DNA of 31,751 nucleotides. Source: a virus. Its lineage: Duplodnaviria > Heunggongvirae > Uroviricota > Caudoviricetes. Positions 17,848 to 27,354 of the stretch are shown piece after piece; position 1 is the first letter of the stretch, and every line of letters starts with the position of its first letter. The position numbers were made by a program, and so were the translations under genes. A model generated the notes under the pieces. It made no database searches. It was given only the letters and a program-made list of their open reading frames with translations, and was not told the DNA's origin. The DNA lies in the IMG/VR virus record IMGVR_UViG_2802429221_000013; one strand, 5' to 3'.

Positions 17848-18277
17848 TGCCGTCACGGTGCTGAAAACCAGTCCAGAGATGCTTCGGATATTCGTGGATA
17901 ACGGGAGTATTGCCTCCACGCTGGCGGCGTCGTTGTCATTCGAAAAGCGTTACACGCTCAATGTCATTGTGACCGACTTTACCGGTGATTTTGACCTGCT
18001 CATCGTGCCGGTGCTGGCGTGGCTGCGGGAAAATCAGCCCGACATCATGACCACCGACGAAGGCCAGAAAAAAGGTTTCACGTTTTATGCAGACATCAAC
18101 AATGACAGCAGCTTTGATATCAGCATCAGCCTGATGCTGACCGAGCGCACGCTGGTCAGTGAGGTGGACGGCGCGCTGCATGTGAAGAATATCCCGGAAC
18201 CCCCGCCGCCGGAGCCGGTCACCCGCCCGATGGAGCTTTATATCAATGGCGAACTGGTGAGCAAGTGGGATGAATGA
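17810..18277 (+). CDS. R: Tail completion protein R (P2 gpR)
   Basis: 155 aa, the P2 gpR length, in order. Confidence 0.8.
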   Translation: MLKPDSLRRALTDAVTVLKTSPEMLRIFVDNGSIASTLAASLSFEKRYTLNVIVTDFTGDFDLLIVPVLAWLRENQPDIMTTDEGQKKGFTFYADINNDSSFDISISLMLTERTLVSEVDGALHVKNIPEPPPPEPVTRPMELYINGELVSKWDE

Positions 18278-18722
18278 GTTTAAGCGTTTTGAAGACCGGC
18301 TGACCGGACTGACTGAATCGCTGTCACCGTCAGGGCGTCGGCGACTGAGTGCCGAACTGGCGAAACGTCTGCGGCAGAGTCAGCAGCGTCGGGTGATGGC
18401 ACAGAAAGCCCCGGACGGCACACCCTACGCGCCACGCCAGCAGCAGAGCGCCAGAAAAAAGACCGGTCGCGTTAAGCGAAAAATGTTTGCGAAACTTATC
18501 ACCAGTCGTTTTTTGCATATCCGCGCCAGCCCGGAACAGGCATCAATGGAATTTTGCGGCGGGAAGTCGCCGAAAATCGCCAGCGTGCATCAGTTCGGTC
18601 TGTCGGAAGAAAACCGGAAAGACGGTAAGAAAATTGATTATCCGGCGCGTCCTCTGCTCGGCTTTACCGGTGAGGATGTGCAGATGATTGAAGAGATTAT
18701 TCTGGCGCACCTCGACCGTTAG
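18270..18722 (+). CDS. S: Tail completion protein S (P2 gpS)
   Basis: 150 aa, the P2 gpS length, in order. Confidence 0.8.
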   Translation: MNEFKRFEDRLTGLTESLSPSGRRRLSAELAKRLRQSQQRRVMAQKAPDGTPYAPRQQQSARKKTGRVKRKMFAKLITSRFLHIRASPEQASMEFCGGKSPKIASVHQFGLSEENRKDGKKIDYPARPLLGFTGEDVQMIEEIILAHLDR

Positions 18723-18788
18723 TTGTGCCATTCCCGACACCTCATCGTCACATTGCCGCCGGTATGACCCGGCGGCATCCTTCCCGTT

Positions 18789-19424
18789 ATGAACACTCTC
18801 GCAAATATTCAGGAACTCGCGCGCGCACTGCGCAACATGATCCGCACCGGCATTATCGTCGAAACCGACCTTAACGCCGGTCGCTGCCGTGTGCAGACCG
18901 GCGGCATGTGCACTGACTGGCTTCAGTGGCTGACCCATCGCGCCGGACGTTCGCGCACATGGTGGGCACCTTCCGTGGGGGAACAGGTGCTGATTCTGTC
19001 CGTGGGCGGCGAACTCGACACGGCGTTTGTTCTGCCGGGGATTTATTCCGGCGATAACCCTGCGCCGTCTGCGTCGGCGGATGCCCTGCATATCCGTTTC
19101 CCTGACGGGGCGGTGATTGAGTATGAACCCGAAACCAGTGCACTCACGGTAAGCGGAATTAAAACGGCCAGCGTGACGGCTTCTGATTCTGTTACTGCCA
19201 CGGTGCCGGTGGTCATGGTGAAAGCATCAACCCGCGTCACCCTGGACACACCGGAGGTGGTCTGCACCAACAGGCTGATTACCGGCACGCTGGAAGTGCA
19301 GAAGGGCGGAACGATGCGCGGCAACATTGAACATACCGGTGGTGAACTCTCATCAAACGGTAAGGTACTGCATACCCATAAACACCCCGGCGACAGCGGC
19401 GGCACAACAGGGGGACCTCTATGA
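18789..19424 (+). CDS. V: Baseplate central spike protein (P2 gpV)
   Basis: 211 aa, the P2 gpV length, heading the baseplate cluster. Confidence 0.85.
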   Translation: MNTLANIQELARALRNMIRTGIIVETDLNAGRCRVQTGGMCTDWLQWLTHRAGRSRTWWAPSVGEQVLILSVGGELDTAFVLPGIYSGDNPAPSASADALHIRFPDGAVIEYEPETSALTVSGIKTASVTASDSVTATVPVVMVKASTRVTLDTPEVVCTNRLITGTLEVQKGGTMRGNIEHTGGELSSNGKVLHTHKHPGDSGGTTGGPL

Positions 19425-19768
19425 CTGCGCGTTATCTCGGAATGAATCGCAGTGATGGCCTGACTGTCACTGACCTTGAGCATATCAGCCAGAGTATCGG
19501 CGATATCCTGCGCACACCGGTCGGCTCACGGGTGATGCGTCGTGATTACGGCTCGTTGCTGGCGTCAATGATTGACCAGCCGCAGACCCCGGCGCTTGAG
19601 TTGCAGATTAAGGTCGCCTGTTACATGGCCGTGCTGAAATGGGAACCCCGCGTCACCCTGTCATCCGTCACCACTGAGCGCAGTTTTGACGGGCGAATGA
19701 CGGTCACGTTAACCGGCCAGCACAACGACACCGGCCAGCCACTTTCGTTAACCATCCCTGTGAGTTGA
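19421..19768 (+). CDS. W: Baseplate wedge protein (gp25-like, P2 gpW)
   Basis: 115 aa, the P2 gpW length, in order. Confidence 0.85.
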   Translation: MTARYLGMNRSDGLTVTDLEHISQSIGDILRTPVGSRVMRRDYGSLLASMIDQPQTPALELQIKVACYMAVLKWEPRVTLSSVTTERSFDGRMTVTLTGQHNDTGQPLSLTIPVS

Positions 19769-19772
19769 AACC

Positions 19773-20681
19773 ATGCCGATTATCGACCTGAACCAGCTAC
19801 CCGCACCGGATGTGGTCGAGGAGCTGGACTTTGAAACCATTCTCGCCGAACGCAAGGCGACACTGATTTCCCTTTACCCGGAAGACCAGCAGGAGGCGGT
19901 CGCCCGTACCCTGACGCTGGAATCTGAGCCTCTCGTCAAACTGCTGGAGGAAAATGCTTATCGTGAGCTTATCTGGCGTCAGCGTGTGAATGAGGCCGCA
20001 CGGGCGGTGATGCTGGCCTGTGCTGCCGGTAATGACCTTGATGTGATTGGTGCCAATTACAACACCACGCGCCTGACTATCACCCCGGCAGATGATTCGA
20101 CCATCCCGCCGACACCGGCAGTGATGGAGTCTGACACCGATTATCGTCTGCGTATTCAGCAGGCGTTTGAAGGTTTAAGCGTCGCCGGGTCGGTGGGTGC
20201 CTATCAGTATCATGGCCGCAGTGCCGACGGGCGTGTCGCGGATATCTCTGTCACCAGTCCGTCTCCGGCCTGCGTCACTATCTCTGTGCTGTCACGTGAA
20301 AATAACGGCGTCGCATCCGAAGACCTGCTGGCCGTGGTGCGTAACGCCCTTAATGGCGAGGACGTCAGGCCGGTGGCCGACCGCGTGACCGTGCAGTCTG
20401 CCGCCATCGTTGAATACCAGATAAACGCCACGCTGTATCTTTACCCTGGTCCCGAAAGCGAACCCATCCGCGCTGCCGCCGTGAAAAAACTGGAAGCGTA
20501 TATCACGGCACAGCACCGGCTGGGGCGCGACATCCGTCTGTCTGCCATTTATGCCGCTTTGCATGTGGAAGGCGTGCAGCGTGTCGAACTGGCTGCACCA
20601 CTGGCCGACATCGTGCTCAACAGTACGCAGGCGTCTTTCTGTACCGAATACAGCGTCGTGACCGGAGGCTCGGATGAATGA
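19773..20681 (+). CDS. J: Baseplate wedge protein (P2 gpJ)
   Basis: 302 aa, the P2 gpJ length, in order. Confidence 0.85.
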   Translation: MPIIDLNQLPAPDVVEELDFETILAERKATLISLYPEDQQEAVARTLTLESEPLVKLLEENAYRELIWRQRVNEAARAVMLACAAGNDLDVIGANYNTTRLTITPADDSTIPPTPAVMESDTDYRLRIQQAFEGLSVAGSVGAYQYHGRSADGRVADISVTSPSPACVTISVLSRENNGVASEDLLAVVRNALNGEDVRPVADRVTVQSAAIVEYQINATLYLYPGPESEPIRAAAVKKLEAYITAQHRLGRDIRLSAIYAALHVEGVQRVELAAPLADIVLNSTQASFCTEYSVVTGGSDE

Positions 20682-21204
20682 TTCGCGACTGCTGCCGACC
20701 GGCTCATCACCGCTTGAAGTCGCTGCCGCAAAAGCCTGTGCGGAAATTGAAAAAACGCCGGTCAGTATTCGTGAGCTGTGGAACCCGGACACCTGTCCGG
20801 CAAATCTGCTGCCGTGGCTGGCGTGGGCGTTTTCGGTCGACAGGTGGGATGAAAAGTGGCCGGAAGCGACAAAACGCGCCGTTATCCGCGATGCGTATTT
20901 CATTCACTGCCATAAGGGCACTATTGGTGCGATTCGCCGTGTGGTGGAGCCGCTCGGCTACCTCATCAACGTGACGGAGTGGTGGGAAAACAGCGACCCG
21001 CCCGGCACCTTCCGCCTTGATATCGGCGTACTGGAAAGCGGCATCACGGAGGAGATGTATCGGGAAATGGAACGGCTGATTGCCGATGCCAAACCTGCAA
21101 GCCGTCACCTTATTGGTCTGAATATTACCCAGGACATTCCCGGCTACCTGTTTGCCGGTGGTGTGGCTTATGACGGCGATGTAATTACGGTTTACCCCGG
21201 ATAA
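20674..21204 (+). CDS. I: Baseplate protein (P2 gpI)
   Basis: 176 aa, the P2 gpI length, in order. Confidence 0.85.
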   Translation: MNDSRLLPTGSSPLEVAAAKACAEIEKTPVSIRELWNPDTCPANLLPWLAWAFSVDRWDEKWPEATKRAVIRDAYFIHCHKGTIGAIRRVVEPLGYLINVTEWWENSDPPGTFRLDIGVLESGITEEMYREMERLIADAKPASRHLIGLNITQDIPGYLFAGGVAYDGDVITVYPG

Positions 21205-21214
21205 GTGAGGAACA

Positions 21215-23038
21215 ATGAGCACAAAATTTAAAACCGTTATCACTACTGCCGGAGCCGCAAAGCTGGCAGCGGCAACCGCACCGGGAGGGCGGAAGGTCAA
21301 CATTACCACGATGGCCGTCGGGGATGGCGGTGGTAAATTGCCTGTCCCGGATGCCGGACAGACCGGGCTTATCCACGAAGTCTGGCGACATGCGCTGAAC
21401 AAAATCAGTCAGGACAAACGAAACAGTAATTATATTATCGCAGAGCTGGTTATTCCGCCGGAGGTGGGCGGTTTCTGGATGCGTGAGCTTGGCCTGTACG
21501 ATGATGCGGGAACGTTAATTGCCGTGGCGAACATGGCCGAAAGTTATAAACCTGCCCTTGCCGAAGGCTCAGGGCGTTCGCAGACCTGCCGCATGGTCAT
21601 CATCGTCAGCAGTGTGGCCTCAGTGGAGCTGACCATTGACACCACAACGGTGATGGCGACGCAGGATTACGTTGATGACAAAATTGCAGAGCATGAACAG
21701 TCACGACGTCACCCGGACGCCTCGCTGACCGCAAAAGGTTTTACTCAGTTAAGCAGTGCGACCAACAGCACGTCTGAAACACTGGCCGCAACGCCGAAAG
21801 CAGTAAAGACCGCCTATGACCTTGCTAACGGGAAATATACTGCGCAGGATGCCACCACAGCGCGAAAAGGCCTTGTTCAACTCAGTAGCGCCATCAACAG
21901 CGATTCTGAAACGCTTGCGGCAACGCCAAAGGCGGTTAAGACAGCGTATGACCTTGCTAACGGGAAATACACTGCGCAGGACGCTACTACAGCGCGAAAA
22001 GGGCTTGTTCAGCTCAGTAATGACACCAACAGCGATTCTGAAACATTTGCCGCGACTCCGAAAGCGGTGAAAGCTGCCAATGATAATGCAAACAGACGCG
22101 TTCCTGACGGGCGTAAGGTCAATGGCAAACCACTGACCAATGATGTCAATGTTACATCGCAGGATATTTTTAACAGTCAGAGTATTGAGATTGGTGCAAA
22201 CCAGAATCTGGATAATTACAAAACGCCGGGACTGTACCATCAGCCACTGAATGCGAATACAAGCGCATCGCTGAAATACCCGGAGAATCTTGCAGGTACT
22301 CTGGTTGTGCTTAAAAATGCCGGAATAACACAAATTTACTATGTCTATAACACATCAAGAAGCTATACCCGCAGCCAGTATTCAACGGGGGGCTGGACAT
22401 CATGGACACCGCAGGATTCATTTCCGGTAGGTGCTCCAATCCCGTGGCCTTCTGATTCAGTACCTACAGGCTATGCCCTGATGCTGGGGCAGACTTTTGA
22501 TAAAGCAGCCTATCCCCTGCTTGCAGCAGCTTATCCGTCAGGGGTGATTCCAGATATGCGCGGCTGGACAATCAAGGGCAAACCCGCCAGTGGTCGCGCC
22601 GTATTATCACAGGAACAGGACGGCATTAAATCGCATACTCACAGCGCTAGTGCGTCAAATACGGATTTGGGAACGAAAACAACCAGTTCGTTTGATTACG
22701 GAACAAAAACGGTCAGCACATTTAACCATGGGACGAAATCTACTAATAGCACGGGGAATCATGCTCACTCATTTACAGTATTAAATGAAGAGCAGAAAGA
22801 CGGGCCAAACGCCGCGGGGGCGACGGGGAAATCAGTAGGAACAGTAACGACCTCCTCAGCCGGTAACCATGCCCATACTGTCGATATTGGTCAGCATAAC
22901 CACACCGTAGGTATTGGTGCCCATGCACATACTGTGGCATTGGGGGCGCACGGACACACCATCACGGTCAATGCTACGGGGAATTCAGAGAACACCGTAA
23001 AAAATATTGCATATAACTATATTGTGAGGCTTGCATAA
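21215..23038 (+). CDS. H: Tail fibre protein (P2 gpH-like)
   Basis: 607 aa. The N-terminal region resembles P2 gpH; the middle has three tandem repeats and the C-terminus has histidine-rich HxH repeats. Shorter than P2 gpH (about 669 aa). Confidence 0.85.
   Translation: MSTKFKTVITTAGAAKLAAATAPGGRKVNITTMAVGDGGGKLPVPDAGQTGLIHEVWRHALNKISQDKRNSNYIIAELVIPPEVGGFWMRELGLYDDAGTLIAVANMAESYKPALAEGSGRSQTCRMVIIVSSVASVELTIDTTTVMATQDYVDDKIAEHEQSRRHPDASLTAKGFTQLSSATNSTSETLAATPKAVKTAYDLANGKYTAQDATTARKGLVQLSSAINSDSETLAATPKAVKTAYDLANGKYTAQDATTARKGLVQLSNDTNSDSETFAATPKAVKAANDNANRRVPDGRKVNGKPLTNDVNVTSQDIFNSQSIEIGANQNLDNYKTPGLYHQPLNANTSASLKYPENLAGTLVVLKNAGITQIYYVYNTSRSYTRSQYSTGGWTSWTPQDSFPVGAPIPWPSDSVPTGYALMLGQTFDKAAYPLLAAAYPSGVIPDMRGWTIKGKPASGRAVLSQEQDGIKSHTHSASASNTDLGTKTTSSFDYGTKTVSTFNHGTKSTNSTGNHAHSFTVLNEEQKDGPNAAGATGKSVGTVTTSSAGNHAHTVDIGQHNHTVGIGAHAHTVALGAHGHTITVNATGNSENTVKNIAYNYIVRLA
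21737..22093 (+). repeat. In-frame tandem repeat inside H: 132-bp (44-aa) unit, about 2.7 copies
   Basis: The peptide unit [44 protein letters not shown] recurs; nucleotide copies differ by a few substitutions (e.g. cttgctaacgggaaatatactgcgcaggatgcc vs cttgctaacgggaaatacactgcgcaggacgct). Confidence 0.8.
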
Positions 23039-23616
23039 TGGCTTTCAGAATGAGTGCAGAAGCACAAACTATCCGCGTTTTCAATTTACTTAATGGAACC
23101 AATGAGTTTATTGGCGAAAGTGATGCATATATTCCGCCGTATACTGGCCTGCCTGCAAACAGTACAGATATTGCACCACCTGATATTCCTGCTGGTTATG
23201 CAGCCGTTTTCAATGCAGATGAAATGAAATGGGAACTGATGGAAGACCATCGCGGAAAGACTGTCTACGAAACGAAAACGGGAGCAGCCATTTATATTTC
23301 TGAACTTGGCGCATTACCTCCAGACGTGACAGCCATTTCCCCGGATGGGGATTATCAGAAATGGAACGGAAATGCGTGGGTGAATGATGAGAATGCAGAG
23401 CGTGATGCGCTTGTCAGAGCGGCTGACTCTCAGAAGAAAGAGCTGATTGCATATGCAGGTGAAATTATTGCCACGCTGCAGGATGCTGTCGATTTAGATA
23501 TGGCTACCGAGGAAGAAAAGTTAAGCCTGACACACTGGAAAAAATACCGTGTGCTACTGAATCGCGTTCAGCCGGAAAATGCTCCAGATATAGAATGGCC
23601 AGAAATGCCGCAATAA
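23038..23616 (+). CDS. G: Tail fibre assembly chaperone (P2 gpG-like)
   Basis: 192-aa ORF immediately after H with ATGA-type overlap; P2 gpG is about 175 aa. Confidence 0.75.
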   Translation: MAFRMSAEAQTIRVFNLLNGTNEFIGESDAYIPPYTGLPANSTDIAPPDIPAGYAAVFNADEMKWELMEDHRGKTVYETKTGAAIYISELGALPPDVTAISPDGDYQKWNGNAWVNDENAERDALVRAADSQKKELIAYAGEIIATLQDAVDLDMATEEEKLSLTHWKKYRVLLNRVQPENAPDIEWPEMPQ

Positions 23617-23872
23617 ATCGTATTAGATCTGGTGTGAGATTACTCATCTATGGCACAGAGTAAAAACTAATCTGACAGTCCGCTCTGTGCTAGGAGCGGA
23701 CATTACCAAGTAACATGCCTTAATCAAAAGGAAATGGTTAATATATGCCATCATTGTTTGAAAAATACGCAGTCATATATTGCTATGAACATTGTTGGTG
23801 CATTAATTTGCTTAAGAAACTACAATTAAGCATCATAAAACACTCTTATGACTTTTAAGGCTCTACCGTATC

Positions 23873-24280
23873 ATGGCTAAGCGGATTCCTGGTGTTAGTA
23901 AAGAATGGTCTAACTATCTCCTTTGTTTATTATTACATATGTCTTTACCTCTCTTACCTTTGGGGTTCGAGACACTTGTGCGTTCCGATCACTTGCCATC
24001 AATACAAACATTAAATATTACAGCGGCGTTTTATGCGATCTCGATAGGGCTTTCTTCTAAGAACGTTGCTATGTTTGGTTTGGGTATATTCGTGAGCATT
24101 TGTTTCTCTGTTGTATTTGGGATTGTTTCTTCAAATCCTAATTCTGATCCTAATCTTAATTTTAATGATAACTTGTATTTTTATTCTCCAATTGCGTGTA
24201 TTGTTGCTATATTTGTTATACATGCATGTGAACGATATAACAGGCATGTTGCTGATTGTACACCATTTTTTGAGTTTTAA
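23873..24280 (+). CDS. Small polytopic membrane protein, cargo in the G-to-FI slot
   Basis: 135-aa ORF, very AT-rich. Three or four hydrophobic segments (LLCLLLHMSLPLLPLGF, AAFYAISIGL, MFGLGIFVSICFSVVFGIVS, IACIVAIFVIHAC). Weak ribosome-binding site, so the start is uncertain. Confidence 0.5.
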   Translation: MAKRIPGVSKEWSNYLLCLLLHMSLPLLPLGFETLVRSDHLPSIQTLNITAAFYAISIGLSSKNVAMFGLGIFVSICFSVVFGIVSSNPNSDPNLNFNDNLYFYSPIACIVAIFVIHACERYNRHVADCTPFFEF

Positions 24281-24289
24281 GGGGGTGCT

Positions 24290-24781
24290 ATGATTGATAC
24301 AATTATCCCAGTAATACTATCAATTCTCCCGGCAATACTATCTATATTTAGCTTAGTAGCTGTTTTTATAGGTGCATTAGTATCTATCAGGTCTGTTAAA
24401 AAAAGACGTGAAATAGAAGTTCAGCTTTTTAATGAGATAATAAATCAACAAATTAAACAAACTAAAAGCAACCGTAAAAAGGATCTTGAAAATAGTGTTA
24501 ATGAAATAGAAAATGAACTCAAGAGAAGAGTTGATATTTTGAATAAAATGCAAAAAGATCTAGAAGCAGTTTCAGAGAACAAATACTATTTTGATAAAGC
24601 AAAATATCTTCGAAATGTCAAGTATGGAGAGTATTTATTAGAGATAAATGAAGCTGTGAATAATATTGATAATAAAAACAAACACTTACTAAATAACGCT
24701 CTTAATCAAAGCTCTGAGATTGGAAAAGTAAGATATCTTGGAAGAATAACAAAGGAAGCACTGGAAAAAACAGTAGGCTGA
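24290..24781 (+). CDS. Membrane-anchored coiled-coil protein, cargo in the G-to-FI slot
   Basis: 163-aa ORF with a GGGGG ribosome-binding site, 9 bp after the upstream ORF. N-terminal transmembrane helix (IIPVILSILPAILSIFSLVAVFIGALVSI) followed by a highly charged K/E/N-rich helical region. AT-rich. Confidence 0.6.
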   Translation: MIDTIIPVILSILPAILSIFSLVAVFIGALVSIRSVKKRREIEVQLFNEIINQQIKQTKSNRKKDLENSVNEIENELKRRVDILNKMQKDLEAVSENKYYFDKAKYLRNVKYGEYLLEINEAVNNIDNKNKHLLNNALNQSSEIGKVRYLGRITKEALEKTVG

Positions 24782-25025
24782 TCATTTTTTCCGCTCGTAA
24801 TAGATAAACTCAAAGGTTCTTTTTGAGAGCCTTTGAGTTTCAATCTTACCAATATTACTCACCATTTCTTTAGCAGCAATTTGGGGACTATAACTTCTAC
24901 TTCTTGCTGTGAGTTCAACCGATGGATACAACACATTGGCTAAAACGCCCTGTGGGTGATTCATAGTCTAGCGTTTGGACTCCGTAAATTCACAGTTGGA
25001 AACTGAGCGAGTACAAATCAAGGCC

Positions 25026-25052
25026 GGCGGGCTGATTGCCCGCCTTTTCTTT
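25026..25052 (+). terminator. Rho-independent terminator between the cargo slot and FI
   Basis: GGCGGGC-TGATT-GCCCGCC hairpin followed by TTTTCTTT, about 100 bp upstream of the FI ATG. Confidence 0.6.
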
Positions 25053-25148
25053 ATCTGTTGTTTCATCCCCTGACCAGCCAGGTCAAATAGCGTCTCATGC
25101 ACTGCCCAACAGAAAATAGTTGCACCCATTAACCACGGAGTTAAACGG

Positions 25149-26339
25149 ATGAGTGACTATCATCACGGCGTGCAGGTGCTGGAGATTAACGACGGCACCC
25201 GCGTCATTTCCACCGTATCCACTGCCATTGTCGGCATGGTCTGCACGGCCAGCGATGCGGATGCGGAAACCTTCCCCCTCAATAAACCGGTGCTGATTAC
25301 CAATGTGCAGAGCGCAATTGCAAAGGCCGGTAAAAAAGGCACGCTGGCGGCATCGTTACAGGCCATCGCTGACCAGTCAAAACCGGTCACCGTTGTCGTG
25401 CGTGTGGAAGACGGAACCGGCGACGACGAAGAAACGAAACTCGCGCAGACCGTTTCCAATATCATCGGCACCACCGACGAAAACGGCCAGTACACCGGAC
25501 TGAAAGCCCTGCTGGCGGCGGAGTCGGTAACCGGTGTTAAACCGCGTATTCTCGGTGTGCCGGGGCTGGATACCAAAGAGGTGGCTGTTGCACTGGCATC
25601 AGTCTGTCAGAAGTTGCGCGCTTTCGGGTATATCAGCGCATGGGGCTGTAAAACCATTTCCGAGGTGAAAGCCTACCGCCAGAATTTCAGCCAGCGTGAG
25701 CTGATGGTCATCTGGCCGGATTTCCTCGCATGGGATACGGTCACCAGTACCACCGCCACCGCGTATGCCACCGCCCGTGCGCTGGGTCTGCGCGCTAAAA
25801 TCGACCAGGAGCAGGGCTGGCATAAAACGCTGTCCAATGTCGGGGTGAACGGTGTTACCGGCATCAGCGCCTCTGTATTCTGGGATTTGCAGGAGTCCGG
25901 CACCGATGCTGACCTGCTTAACGAGTCAGGCGTTACTACGCTGATTCGCCGCGACGGTTTCCGCTTCTGGGGTAACCGTACCTGCTCTGATGACCCGCTG
26001 TTCCTCTTTGAAAACTACACCCGCACCGCGCAGGTGCTGGCCGACACGATGGCTGAGGCGCACATGTGGGCGGTGGACAAGCCCATCACCGCAACGCTGA
26101 TTCGCGACATCGTTGACGGCATCAATGCCAAATTCCGTGAGCTGAAAACAAACGGCTATATCGTGGATGCGACCTGCTGGTTCAGCGAAGAATCCAACGA
26201 TGCGGAAACCCTCAAGGCCGGAAAACTGTATATCGACTACGACTATACCCCGGTGCCTCCTCTTGAAAACCTGACCCTGCGCCAGCGTATTACTGATAAA
26301 TACCTGGCAAATCTGGTCACCTCGGTTAACAGCAATTAA
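25149..26339 (+). CDS. FI: Tail sheath protein (P2 gpFI)
   Basis: 396 aa, the P2 gpFI length, in order. Confidence 0.9.
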   Translation: MSDYHHGVQVLEINDGTRVISTVSTAIVGMVCTASDADAETFPLNKPVLITNVQSAIAKAGKKGTLAASLQAIADQSKPVTVVVRVEDGTGDDEETKLAQTVSNIIGTTDENGQYTGLKALLAAESVTGVKPRILGVPGLDTKEVAVALASVCQKLRAFGYISAWGCKTISEVKAYRQNFSQRELMVIWPDFLAWDTVTSTTATAYATARALGLRAKIDQEQGWHKTLSNVGVNGVTGISASVFWDLQESGTDADLLNESGVTTLIRRDGFRFWGNRTCSDDPLFLFENYTRTAQVLADTMAEAHMWAVDKPITATLIRDIVDGINAKFRELKTNGYIVDATCWFSEESNDAETLKAGKLYIDYDYTPVPPLENLTLRQRITDKYLANLVTSVNSN

Positions 26340-26351
26340 GGAGCCTGACCG

Positions 26352-26870
26352 ATGGCAATGCCGCGCAAACTCAAATACATGAATGTCTTTCTGAACGGCT
26401 ACAGCTATCAGGGCGTTGCAAACTCCGTCACGCTGCCAAAACTGACCCGTAAGCTCGAAAACTATCGCGGTGCGGGGATGAACGGCAGCGCACCGGTAGA
26501 CCTCGGCCTTGATGATGATGCTCTGTCAATGGAGTGGTCGCTCGGTGGATTCCCGGATTCGGTTATCTGGGAGCTTTACGCTGCAACCAGTGCTGATGCC
26601 GTACCGATTCGTTTTGCTGGTTCTTACCAGCGCGACGATACCGGCGAAACGGTGGCCGTCGAAGTGGTCATGCGTGGGCGTCAGAAAGAAGTCGATACCG
26701 GAGAGGGTAAACAGGGAGAGGATACCGAATCGAAACTCCCGGTGATTTGTACTTATTTCAAGTTGACGATGGACGGTAAGGAGCTGGTCGAAATCGACAC
26801 CATCAACATGATTGAGAAGGTGAACGGCGTCGACCGGCTGGAGCAACACCGCCGTAATATCGGCCTGTGA
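26352..26870 (+). CDS. FII: Tail tube protein (P2 gpFII)
   Basis: 172 aa, the P2 gpFII length, in order. Confidence 0.9.
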   Translation: MAMPRKLKYMNVFLNGYSYQGVANSVTLPKLTRKLENYRGAGMNGSAPVDLGLDDDALSMEWSLGGFPDSVIWELYAATSADAVPIRFAGSYQRDDTGETVAVEVVMRGRQKEVDTGEGKQGEDTESKLPVICTYFKLTMDGKELVEIDTINMIEKVNGVDRLEQHRRNIGL

Positions 26871-26926
26871 TTTTCATACGGTCAGCCAGGCTGACCGGTT
26901 AACCCTGATTCAGAAGTGAGAAAACC

Positions 26927-27202
26927 ATGAACAAAGAAAATGTCATTACCCTGGAAAATCCGGTCAAACGTGGTGAGCAGGTTATCGAACAGGTCACGCT
27001 GATGAAACCCAATGCCGGGACGCTGCGCGGTGTCAGTCTGGCTGCGGTTGCAAACTCCGAAGTCGATGCACTGATTAAGGTGCTGCCGCGCATGACGGCA
27101 CCGATGCTGACCGAGCAGGAAGTCGCCGCGCTGGAACTGCCTGACCTTGTGGCGCTGGCCGGTAAGGTGGTCGGTTTTTTGTCGCCGAACTCGGTGCAGT
27201 GA
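26927..27202 (+). CDS. E: Tail assembly chaperone E (P2 gpE)
   Basis: 91 aa, the P2 gpE length; contains a slippery site near its 3' end. Confidence 0.85.
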   Translation: MNKENVITLENPVKRGEQVIEQVTLMKPNAGTLRGVSLAAVANSEVDALIKVLPRMTAPMLTEQEVAALELPDLVALAGKVVGFLSPNSVQ

Positions 27203-27354
27203 CGTTTCCAAAAAATCTCTCGGTCGATGACCTGATGGCGGATGTGGCAGTGATATTTCACTGGCCGCCATCAGAACTGTATCCCATGAGCCTGACCGAA
27301 CTCATCACATGGCGCGAAAAGGCGCTCCGGCGAAGCGGAAACACGAATGAGTAA
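26927..27354 (+). CDS. E': Tail assembly chaperone E+E' made by programmed -1 ribosomal frameshift at 27175-27181
   Basis: The slippery heptamer T TTT TTG is in the zero frame (GGT TTT TTG). The -1 frame stays open from 27181 to a TAA at 27352-27354, giving 85 + 57 = 142 aa, the P2 E+E' length. The extension overlaps the T start. Confidence 0.75.

Noticed and set aside
18722-18788. TGT-N12-ACC element and GCCGCCGG/CCGGCGGC hairpin upstream of V, considered as the Ogr-dependent late promoter
   Set aside because: It only partly fits the Ogr-site dyad (TGT-N12-ACA) as I recall it; I could not confidently place Ogr sites here or upstream of O, P or FI by eye.
24111-24293. 60-aa alternative-frame ORF within the 135-aa membrane-protein gene
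   Set aside because: Same strand, different frame, entirely inside a better-supported ORF; its hydrophobic translation is a by-product of AT-rich, T-rich sequence.
24782-24964. 60-aa minus-strand ORF just downstream of the Z/fun-slot cargo
   Set aside because: It overlaps the hairpin at 24809-24837, has no convincing ribosome-binding site, and runs antisense in a terminator region; it may be a relic of a degraded gene rather than a functional CDS.
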